From: a virus
Length of the DNA: 47,522 bases
IMG/VR virus record: IMGVR_UViG_3300010384_000010
Direction: 5' to 3' (one strand)
The notes under the pieces were generated by a model, which saw only the letters and a list, made by a program, of their open reading frames with translations, made no database searches and was not told where the DNA came from. A program made the translations under genes and the position numbers. This document shows positions 1-6,517 of this stretch, one piece after another; positions within the stretch are counted from its first letter, which is position 1; every line of letters starts with the position of its first letter.

Positions 1-55
1 CCGGTCGCCCTTGTCGCCGTCGCCCTTGGATCGGAATTCGATGCCCTCGCGGACC
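1..55. repeat. Terminal direct repeat identical to 47468..47522 (circular-contig overlap)
   Basis: The first 55 nt (ccggtcgcccttgtcgccgtcgcccttggatcggaattcgatgccctcgcggacc) recur verbatim as the last 55 nt. A minus-strand ORF reads through the junction in frame. Confidence 0.9.
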
Positions 56-417
56 ATATCCTCGGCGATGATCGAGCCCATCTTGCGGTATTCGGTAACC
101 TGCGACAGCTCGGCCAGGGCCGGATACCCAAGGAAGGCGTACTGCCCGAAGTATCCGTTGCCGTTGAGAAACCCGTAGGGGGTGCTATCACACGCCAGCA
201 CCCCGTCCAGCTTGTCGGCCGGCACCACGCCTGGCGCGGGCTCGTAGGTCGCAAATTTCAGGGGCTCGGCCCTGGGCGGAGTCACCGCAGCCAGGAGGCT
301 GGCCCAGTTGATCCGGCGGCGCCGGGGAGAGGTGGCACCGGATTGCCCGGCGCCGGTCGGGGAGGGCGCCGCCCCACGGCGCGAGGAGAGGGCACGGAGC
401 CACAGAGGTAGTTTCAC
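1..417 (-). CDS. Portal protein, N-terminal part (same gene as 46274..47522, joined across the circular junction)
   Basis: The minus-strand frame is in phase with 46274..47522 once 47,467 is added. The translation ...ADKLDGVLACDSTPYGFLNGNGYFGQYAFLGYPALAELSQVTEYRKMGSIIAEDMVREGIEF... looks like a DUF1073-type portal. There is no in-frame ATG upstream of the conserved part. Candidate starts are GTG 415-417 (GGGGA 9 nt upstream) or GTG 283-285, so the start is unresolved. Confidence 0.55.
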   Translation of the reverse strand, partial: MKLPLWLRALSSRRGAAPSPTGAGQSGATSPRRRRINWASLLAAVTPPRAEPLKFATYEPAPGVVPADKLDGVLACDSTPYGFLNGNGYFGQYAFLGYPALAELSQVTEYRKMGSIIAEDMVREGIEFRSKGDGDKGDR

Positions 418-456
418 GTGCCCGGTTCCCCGAAAGCGAGATATCGTCAAGGCCAG

Positions 457-487
457 ATTCTAGCACGCGTGAAGACGGCGTGAAAAG
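457..487 (-). promoter_or_regulatory. Putative extended -10 promoter upstream of portal, with two 11-bp-phased TCTTCACG-like repeats over the -35 region
   Basis: The minus strand reads TTTTCACGCCGTCTTCACGCGTGCTAGAAT. The extended -10 is TGc-TAGAAT, with the -10 hexamer at 457..462. The repeats lie at 468..476 and 479..487. Confidence 0.4.
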
Positions 488-493
488 GATGCG

Positions 494-509
494 GGTCCGG
501 GCGCGGACC
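494..509 (-). terminator. Weak hairpin, possible terminator after the SGNH gene
   Basis: The minus strand reads GGTCCG-CGCC-CGGACC followed by CGCATCCTTTTCAC. The stem is only 6 bp and the T-run is displaced. Confidence 0.25.
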
Positions 510-573
510 TCCCGTCACCTACCGGCGAAGGCTTGGAAAGGGTGTAGGGGGATGGCGGATGGTGGGGTCAGGG

Positions 574-1737
574 TTAGGCGAGGCCCATGGCCGTCAGGTT
601 GTAGACCTGAATCTGGCCGAAGGCGACAACGCCAGTTCCCGCGCCTGCGATGCAGTCCACGTTGATTTGCGTGGTCCCAGCAGGGACAGTCAGCTCCTGA
701 TAGAAAAAACCGCTGGTCGCAAACACGTTCAAGTAGCACGGCTTGCTTGTTAGGTTAGGGCCGACAAACTTCACCTGCGCTTGAGCGTCTACCCCGCCGT
801 CGCTTTTGATGATGCCGAGTACGGCAAGCTTATCGCCCACCGCAAGGTTGGCCGAGGCGATGGCTCGCTCCAGGGCGCGGATGGACGCGTTCGCCGTCTG
901 GGTGATCTGCATCATTTTCCCCGGTACCGAAGCATCGGTGACGAGTGCATGGGCAAACCCGCTGGTGCCGCCGTAAGCAATCCATCCATCGGGGATACCG
1001 TCGGCGTTAGTATCCGTCAGCAGAATGGGGTTCGTGGACAGTAGGCCGGAGTTGTCGCCGTTGTCCAACGGGAGTGGCGGCGTCCACTTGGGAAGGAAGG
1101 GCGTCATCTGATCTGCAAAAGCCTGACCAAGCGCAAGGCAACCGGCAAAGTTGGGGTGCGTCCCGTCACTGTAGTAGCTGGCGAGATAGTGCCCGTTCGT
1201 CGGGTCCACCAGCACCGCGTATGCGTCGAATATGGCTGCACCTTCGCTGAGCGCTAGACGCCTTAGCCACTGGTTCCATACCGAAATGCGCGGTTGCCGG
1301 GTTGCCACGTCGTCGTTACACGGGATAGTGCATAGAATCGGCGTTGCCCCAATGGAACGGATTTTTTGCAGGATCGCGAGGATGTTCGACTGGTAGGTGG
1401 CGAACGTCACGGAATTGCCAATATCGTTCGTGCCCGCCATTAGCACAACGGCACTCGGAGCGTATGGCGTCACGTCGGAATCGAACCGGGCGAGCATTTG
1501 GGCCGACGTATTACCCGCCACGCCCGCGTTCCGGGCCATCAAGACGCGCCCACCGGAGCGAAGCATCGCCATCAGCGGCCACGAAATACCCTGCGCGTTG
1601 TTCGCGTTGTCGTTGCTGCCGCAAGTGATCGAATCGCCCAAAAAGACGATCTTGTTCCCCACCCACTGAGAGTTAATCTCTCGGAGCGCCGCTACCGTGG
1701 CCGGCGACTGCGTTTTGAGTTGGCTAGTCTTAGGCAT
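574..1737 (-). CDS. SGNH/GDSL-family hydrolase (esterase) with a ~170-aa C-terminal beta-rich, possibly carbohydrate-binding, domain
   Basis: 387-aa ORF. All four SGNH blocks are present: FLGDSITCG (Ser), NAGVAGNT (Gly), AGTNDIG (Asn) and SDGTHPN (Asp-x-x-His). Confidence 0.8.
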   Translation of the reverse strand: MPKTSQLKTQSPATVAALREINSQWVGNKIVFLGDSITCGSNDNANNAQGISWPLMAMLRSGGRVLMARNAGVAGNTSAQMLARFDSDVTPYAPSAVVLMAGTNDIGNSVTFATYQSNILAILQKIRSIGATPILCTIPCNDDVATRQPRISVWNQWLRRLALSEGAAIFDAYAVLVDPTNGHYLASYYSDGTHPNFAGCLALGQAFADQMTPFLPKWTPPLPLDNGDNSGLLSTNPILLTDTNADGIPDGWIAYGGTSGFAHALVTDASVPGKMMQITQTANASIRALERAIASANLAVGDKLAVLGIIKSDGGVDAQAQVKFVGPNLTSKPCYLNVFATSGFFYQELTVPAGTTQINVDCIAGAGTGVVAFGQIQVYNLTAMGLA

Positions 1738-1864
1738 TGCGGGGCTCCAACTGGATGGTCAAGTTTTCTTCGGTGAGCAGCGGCTGACCTTCCTCCGTCA
1801 TCAGGACGACGAAAGCCACCCCGGCGCGGGTGAGGGAGAGGGAGAGGCCGATGGATGGCACGGC

Positions 1865-2128
1865 CTACCACTCCGCCTTAATGCCGGTCGCGGTGCTGGC
1901 GCCCCAGACCTTCGTCACGCGCTTGGCGTGCGTGATGCCCCCGGCGATGTTGTCGTAGGTGCGAACTTCACCGCCCAGCAGCGTGACCTTGAGCGACCCG
2001 GTGCCGCCGATGTAGATGCCACGGCTGGGCTGGGCGAGGTCCGTGTCCACGCCGGGCGCGATGTCCTGGGCGTGCTCAACGGGCGACTCCAGGGTCTTGG
2101 TCAGCCATTTGAAGATGTCGGCGATCAT
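1865..2128 (-). CDS. Small conserved phage protein, possibly a spike-base-like structural protein
   Basis: ORF 1865..2197 trimmed to the ATG at 2126-2128 (MIADIFKW...). The C-terminal pattern GIYIGGTGSLKVTLLGGEVRTYDNIAGGITHAKRVTKVWGASTATGIKAEW resembles a small beta-protein family I recall from GTA/phage tail modules. This is recalled only and not verified. Confidence 0.35.
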   Translation of the reverse strand: MIADIFKWLTKTLESPVEHAQDIAPGVDTDLAQPSRGIYIGGTGSLKVTLLGGEVRTYDNIAGGITHAKRVTKVWGASTATGIKAEW

Positions 2129-2166
2129 GAGGGCGATGTCCTTGGGTCTTGGGAGGTCGTAGGGGT

Positions 2167-2230
2167 GCGGTCCGGGACCCCGTCCCGCGCACCCCACTGC
2201 CAGAGCGCACGTTCAGAGGTCCCGGACCGC
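2167..2230 (-). repeat. 13-bp perfect inverted repeat (stem-loop) between the lysis-associated genes and the 1865..2128 gene
   Basis: gcggtccgggacc (2167..2179) pairs with ggtcccggaccgc (2218..2230). The loop is 38 nt and no U-tract follows on the sense strand. Confidence 0.6.
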
Positions 2231-2252
2231 GAACAGCAGGCCCAGCGGGTCG

Positions 2253-2555
2253 TCAGCCGGCGGAGGGTCGATCCTCGGTGGCCTGGGGCCGGTGACTGAA
2301 GATGCCGGCCGCGTTGTACATGGCCACGGCCGAGTTGATCAACGGTCGCAGCACCGTCTGCAGGTCGCCCAGGGCCTTGGCCTCGGTGGTCACCGCCGCG
2401 ATGAACGTGTTGATCTGGGCCTCGACGGCGGCCAGCTTCTGTGCGCCGCTGGCAGTCGGCAGGGCCTGCTCGACGGCCTGGACCGCCTGGTTGACCAGGG
2501 TCATCAGACCCGGGAGGAGGGAGATGAGCGACAGCAGGATTTGCAGGTATTTCAT
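2253..2555 (-). CDS. Membrane-anchored protein associated with the lysis cassette
   Basis: ORF 2253..2786 trimmed to the ATG at 2553-2555. The N-terminus MKYLQILLSLISLLPGLMTLV is a predicted TM or signal anchor. 100 aa. Confidence 0.5.
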   Translation of the reverse strand: MKYLQILLSLISLLPGLMTLVNQAVQAVEQALPTASGAQKLAAVEAQINTFIAAVTTEAKALGDLQTVLRPLINSAVAMYNAAGIFSHRPQATEDRPSAG

Positions 2556-2565
2556 GGGCTTGGCC

Positions 2566-2916
2566 TCAGAGGATGGCGCCACTGGCGCGGAGCTGGTCGA
2601 GACAGGCGGCAGTGGCAGTGCGCCGGGCTCGGTTGCGGGAACTGATTTCGACGGCGCGGATCGCCCAGGAGCCTTGGGCGGCAGCGTAGGACCGGAGGAG
2701 GGTGACTTGCTCACTATCGGTTCGCCCAGCCAGGTCTGGAGCCGTTGGATAGGGCGACGGAAGAGGTTCGAAGCTGCGATGCTCACTACAACGCACCACT
2801 GGAGCGGAGGCGGTCGAGGGCGCCGTTGATGCCATCGGATTGGTCGCGCAGGCGGCCATCGTCACCAGCGCGGTCAACAGCAGCCACCGCTTCGTCTTGC
2901 CCGGTCCGCAGCTCAT
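2566..2916 (-). CDS. Outer-membrane spanin (o-spanin) lipoprotein
   Basis: Signal peptide plus lipobox-like LLLTALVTMAAC, followed by a Pro-rich mature part. The start is embedded out of frame in the 3' part of the i-spanin gene (overlapped Rz/Rz1 architecture). Confidence 0.55.
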   Translation of the reverse strand: MSCGPGKTKRWLLLTALVTMAACATNPMASTAPSTASAPVVRCSEHRSFEPLPSPYPTAPDLAGRTDSEQVTLLRSYAAAQGSWAIRAVEISSRNRARRTATAACLDQLRASGAIL

Positions 2917-3067
2917 CGGCTCGGTTCTCCGCTTGCTCCAGGTCGGATGCCGCCTGGGAGGGCGCCGCCTGGGCGCGGGTCGCGCGGCCGGAAGCCCGGC
3001 GCGCGATGATCAGGTCAATGAGAAGCTTGGCGAGGCCCAGCAGCCCGGACAGAAGTGTTTTCCACAT
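2786..3067 (-). CDS. Inner-membrane spanin (i-spanin)
   Basis: 93 aa. N-terminal TM segment MWKTLLSGLLGLAKLLIDLII followed by a charged, coiled-coil-like periplasmic domain. It lies directly downstream of the holin and endolysin genes. Confidence 0.55.
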   Translation of the reverse strand: MWKTLLSGLLGLAKLLIDLIIARRASGRATRAQAAPSQAASDLEQAENRADELRTGQDEAVAAVDRAGDDGRLRDQSDGINGALDRLRSSGAL

Positions 3068-3335
3068 GCTGCGCCCCCTTAAGCCGCACGTGCGCGGCAG
3101 TCAACAGCCGGGTGGAGTAGAACATAGCAAGGCCCTGGAGCGGAAGCACCCACAGCGGCAGGCTGCCGATCTTCAGCACCAAGGTGAGCACCCCGAACGC
3201 GGCCAAGGCGATGGCGGCGAAGCCCAGGGTGAGCCACGGGTGCTGGCGCAGGTGCACCTGTCGCAGGCCCTCAATCGCAATTACGACCAACACGACACAC
3301 AGCGCCACGTCGAGCAGCAGTAGGAAGTGATTCAT
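3015..3335 (-). CDS. Three-TMD membrane protein (second holin or antiholin candidate)
   Basis: ORF 3015..3797 trimmed to the ATG at 3333-3335 (MNHFLLLLDVALCVVLVVIAI...). Three hydrophobic helices. ATGA overlap with the upstream holin. Confidence 0.5.
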   Translation of the reverse strand: MNHFLLLLDVALCVVLVVIAIEGLRQVHLRQHPWLTLGFAAIALAAFGVLTLVLKIGSLPLWVLPLQGLAMFYSTRLLTAAHVRLKGAQHVENTSVRAAGPRQASH

Positions 3336-3682
3336 TGAGGGTCCCCGGCGGAAGGAGGAGCGATCGCGGCGGCCTTGGTCCGCAGGAAGCGGTCCGCCAC
3401 GGACTGGATAAGCGGCACCAACTTCATGCCGGTGAGGCCGATCACGAACGCGGCGCCATACTGCGCGCGCGGGTCCACGATCGAAAGCTTGATGACGGCC
3501 AGCGGGGTCAGGTAGACCGCGCAGCAGAGCGAGGTGGCCACGGCCAGGATCGCCTGCAGCCGGGTCAAATCCTTCATGCTCGCCAGGGAGCAGATGCCGC
3601 CCGCGAAGCCCGCCAGCCAGAAGCCGACGTTGATGCCCAGCGAGTCGAGGATGTCGCGCCAATCGTGTGCGTTGTTGGTCAT
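3332..3682 (-). CDS. Holin (three TMDs)
   Basis: ORF 3332..3928 trimmed to the ATG at 3680-3682 (MTNNAHDWRDILDSLGINVGFWLAGFAGGICSL...). Three hydrophobic segments. The start overlaps the endolysin stop (ATGA). Confidence 0.6.
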   Translation of the reverse strand: MTNNAHDWRDILDSLGINVGFWLAGFAGGICSLASMKDLTRLQAILAVATSLCCAVYLTPLAVIKLSIVDPRAQYGAAFVIGLTGMKLVPLIQSVADRFLRTKAAAIAPPSAGDPQ

Positions 3683-4167
3683 TGTGCCAGCGTGCCCCCT
3701 GCACGAACATAGGCGGTGATAAGCTCGTCGAAGGTGTGCACGGGCTGGTCGTACCGGCTCGGCGGGAACGAGGCCCAGCACCCGGCGAGGGTGGCAATGG
3801 CGTCGTGGATGTGGCCCTGCTTGATCAACGGCAGCGCGTGGCGCTCGCGAATCATCTCCAGCGCGTACCGGTCCTGGGACAGCGGGCTGAAGTCGGGCAA
3901 GCCCAGGTTCCGCCGGTAGTACGGCCAATAGCGGTGGAGAATCTGGTAGCGCCCGGCGGCCGTGCTGTCGTGCCGGGCGTTGTAGATATCCGGGTGGTCG
4001 GCGTAGGCGTAGAACAGCAGCGGCTTTTCCGGGGTCGCCCCAACCAGGACGTTGTACCCATCGTCCGACAGCGCGAGCAGCCCGGGGCCGATTTCGCTCC
4101 AGGCGATCGTGTCCAGGAATGCCAGCACGTTGCGGCCACCGGCCGCCTGTTCAGAAATTCGGGCCAT
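3679..4167 (-). CDS. Endolysin, lambda R-like lytic transglycosylase (GH104)
   Basis: 162 aa. It aligns by eye with lambda R: AFLDTIAWSE (catalytic Glu), GRYQIL, LGLPDFSP.SQD, and C-terminal ...AGGT. Confidence 0.85.
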   Translation of the reverse strand: MARISEQAAGGRNVLAFLDTIAWSEIGPGLLALSDDGYNVLVGATPEKPLLFYAYADHPDIYNARHDSTAAGRYQILHRYWPYYRRNLGLPDFSPLSQDRYALEMIRERHALPLIKQGHIHDAIATLAGCWASFPPSRYDQPVHTFDELITAYVRAGGTLAQ

Positions 4168-5642
4168 TATGCGCGCCTCAGTAGGTCTTCGGTGATCTTC
4201 AGCTTGCCCCGGCCCTCGACCAGCCGGTTGAAGGCGCGCGAGGAGGCGTCCACCTGGTCGTCATGCTTGCCGCTCGGGAACATGCGCATTTCGTCCAGGT
4301 ACGCCTGGTTCCACTCGCCTTCCACAATGTCCACGTTGCCCACGTTCACCTGGGCGGCCAGCGGCTCGGCACGCGTGATCTTGTCGCCGGACTCGGGCGA
4401 GGAGACCACCGAATAGCCGGCCAGCAGCTTGGTGAAGGACAGCACCTGGGATTTGCCCGCCTGACCCGGGTCCTGGGGCAGGTCGATCTTGACGCCCCGG
4501 CCGTCCATGCGGGCCGTGTTCTTCAGCATCTTCTCGACGTCCTCGGGTCCGCACCGGTCGCGCAGCGCGTGGGCGATGACGAAGCGACCCTCGGGGGTCT
4601 TGCCCAGGCGCACGCCGGCCGTGTAGTCGGGGTCCTTGCCGGGCTCGGGGACCGACGCGCCGAAGTCCCAGCCGCGAATCCACCGGGTGCCCTGGGGAAC
4701 GGCCGGGATCACGTTGACCTTGTTCACCTTGAACAGGTTGCCGCCCTCGGCCATGGGCCGCTGACGGTACTGGCCCGAGAAGGTGTAGGGCAGGGCCTCC
4801 TCCATCTTCCGCAGCTGCTCTAACGTGTGCTTGTGCGGCCACAGCGCGCGCTCGGTCGGCAGACCCTCGTCCTGGATCGCGTCGAGCGACAGGACCTCCC
4901 ACTCCTGGCCGTCACCCTCGTTCTGCAGCCAGCCGGCGAGGTCGGATTCGTGCAGGCGCTGCATGATCACGATGATGGGCGTGGTTTTGCTGTTGCGGCG
5001 GGACAGCAGCGTGGTCTTGAACCAGTCGATCACGCCCTGGCGGACGGTATCGGACCGCGCCTCGCTGGCCTTGTGCGGGTCGTCAATGATGATGGCGCCG
5101 CCGAAGCCTGGCCGCTCCTTGCCGGCGCCGTAGCCGGTCAGGGTGCCCTTGGTGCCGGTGGCGTAGACCTTACCGCCGCGAGTCGTGCGCCATTTGTGCT
5201 TGGCGGCGGTGTCACCCGAGACCTGGACATCGGGGAAGATGCGCTGGTAGGTCTCATTCTGCACCATCTCCAGGATCGCGGCCGTGTTGTCGCTGGCGAG
5301 CGAGGCGGAGTAGCTGCAGTAGATGAACTCCGAGTCCGGGTAGTGGCCCAGGCCGTAGCCGATGAAGCCCTCCGCAAACTCGGTCTTGGAGTAGCGCGGC
5401 GGGATGTTGATGATAAGATTCTGCAGCTCGCCCCGGAACACCCGGCCCAGGGCATCGGCCAGCTTCGGATGGTGCTCGGCCGGCACCCAAGAGAAATTCT
5501 TGCGCGCCATGAACATGAGGCGCTGGAAGAAGTAGAAATCCTCCCGGGCCCGCTCCGCCTCGGCCTCCTGCTTGCGCCGCAGCTGCTCGGCCTGGGCGGA
5601 CGCCAGCAGGAGCAGGCGGGCGCGGCGCATGGCGTTGCTCAT
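4167..5642 (-). CDS. terL: Terminase large subunit
   Basis: 491 aa. The ATPase half contains GAIIIDDPHK and VIMQRLHESD. The C-terminal half is nuclease-like, with GWDFG... and HDDQVDA. It is adjacent to the putative terS. Confidence 0.9.
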   Translation of the reverse strand: MSNAMRRARLLLLASAQAEQLRRKQEAEAERAREDFYFFQRLMFMARKNFSWVPAEHHPKLADALGRVFRGELQNLIINIPPRYSKTEFAEGFIGYGLGHYPDSEFIYCSYSASLASDNTAAILEMVQNETYQRIFPDVQVSGDTAAKHKWRTTRGGKVYATGTKGTLTGYGAGKERPGFGGAIIIDDPHKASEARSDTVRQGVIDWFKTTLLSRRNSKTTPIIVIMQRLHESDLAGWLQNEGDGQEWEVLSLDAIQDEGLPTERALWPHKHTLEQLRKMEEALPYTFSGQYRQRPMAEGGNLFKVNKVNVIPAVPQGTRWIRGWDFGASVPEPGKDPDYTAGVRLGKTPEGRFVIAHALRDRCGPEDVEKMLKNTARMDGRGVKIDLPQDPGQAGKSQVLSFTKLLAGYSVVSSPESGDKITRAEPLAAQVNVGNVDIVEGEWNQAYLDEMRMFPSGKHDDQVDASSRAFNRLVEGRGKLKITEDLLRRA

Positions 5643-6271
5643 TCGACGGTCTTTGTCAGCTCGCGCTGCTGCTGGGCGACCATCTCGGCCAGCTCCTCGT
5701 CACCCAAGCCCGCGAACGCAGCCCCCGGGGCGTTGAGCGGGGAGCCGCCGGCACCCGTGATTTCTTGCCGGCGCCTGTAGCGGTCGTTGTTGCCTTGGAG
5801 GAAGAACATGAGCAGCTGGTCCGAGTACTTCGTGACCTGGGAGACCTCAACGCCCTGGTAGAACACGGGCTCCTCCACGCCGTTGATGGCGCGGTCCATG
5901 CCCACGGTCTCCAGCGTCTCGATGCCGGCCGCGCGGGCCTCGTCAAACGCCTGGGCGAAGTCGTCGTCATTCCGGCGGCGGAAGTAGGTGTACTCGCGCG
6001 GGATACCCACAGCCTCGGCGGCGGCCTTCACGTTGCCGGTCCGGGCCAGCACTTGCAGGAATCCCTCCCATTTCTCGTCGGGGTACAAGCTGCGCGGGTT
6101 GCCACGCATCAGGTTGACGAAGGGCAACTCACTGGCCGGGGTCCGGGCGACCGGCTTATCCCGGTTCGGGTGGGGCTTGCGCTCGTAGCCGCCGGCCTTC
6201 TGCTCGGCGGCCTCGGCACCCTTGCCCGGCTTCTTAGCCACGGGCGAAGTGCAGGCCGGACTGGAGCGCAT
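5639..6271 (-). CDS. terS: Terminase small subunit (putative)
   Basis: 4-nt overlap with terL. HTH-like segment TGNVKAAAEAVGIPREYTYFRRRNDDDF. ORF 5639..6484 trimmed to the ATG at 6269-6271. GTG 6239-6241 is an alternative start. Confidence 0.55.
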   Translation of the reverse strand: MRSSPACTSPVAKKPGKGAEAAEQKAGGYERKPHPNRDKPVARTPASELPFVNLMRGNPRSLYPDEKWEGFLQVLARTGNVKAAAEAVGIPREYTYFRRRNDDDFAQAFDEARAAGIETLETVGMDRAINGVEEPVFYQGVEVSQVTKYSDQLLMFFLQGNNDRYRRRQEITGAGGSPLNAPGAAFAGLGDEELAEMVAQQQRELTKTVE

Positions 6272-6380
6272 GGGCGATGGCCAGGGCCAGCGGGTTGAGG
6301 CGGAAGGGATAGCGGGTCGAGGACATTTGGCAGTGGCTCCGCGCACGTTGGGCTGTAAAACTACGGGACGAGCAGGGCGA

Positions 6381-6410
6381 ATCGTAGCACCCGGGGGCGT
6401 CGTCACGCAA
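6381..6410 (-). promoter_or_regulatory. Putative extended -10 promoter for the terS/terL operon
   Basis: The minus strand reads TTGCGT-18 nt-(TGc)TACGAT. The -10 is at 6381..6386 and the -35 at 6405..6410. Confidence 0.4.
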
Positions 6411-6517
6411 CCACCACGCGAGGGTTGATTTGGCACCCGGGGGATGATACCGCCGCACGCCCAGGCGCGCACAGGCCCCCGCATGTCTACGAGCGCGCGC
6501 TCTCGTGCGCGTTTTCA

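Noticed and set aside
188-466. 92-aa minus-strand ORF upstream of the portal region.
   Set aside because: The sequence is Arg/Gly/Pro/Ala-rich and out of frame with the portal N-terminal coding frame, which it overlaps. The portal frame carries the conserved YAFLGYPALAEL-type motif.
1730-1861. 43-codon GTG-initiated ORF filling the gap between 1865 and the SGNH gene, and a 30-codon ORF (6234-6326) just upstream of terS.
   Set aside because: Both are below the ORF-track size limit, have no recognisable motif and have weak or no SD. Their only support is stop-start overlap with the downstream gene, which is too weak to report as features.
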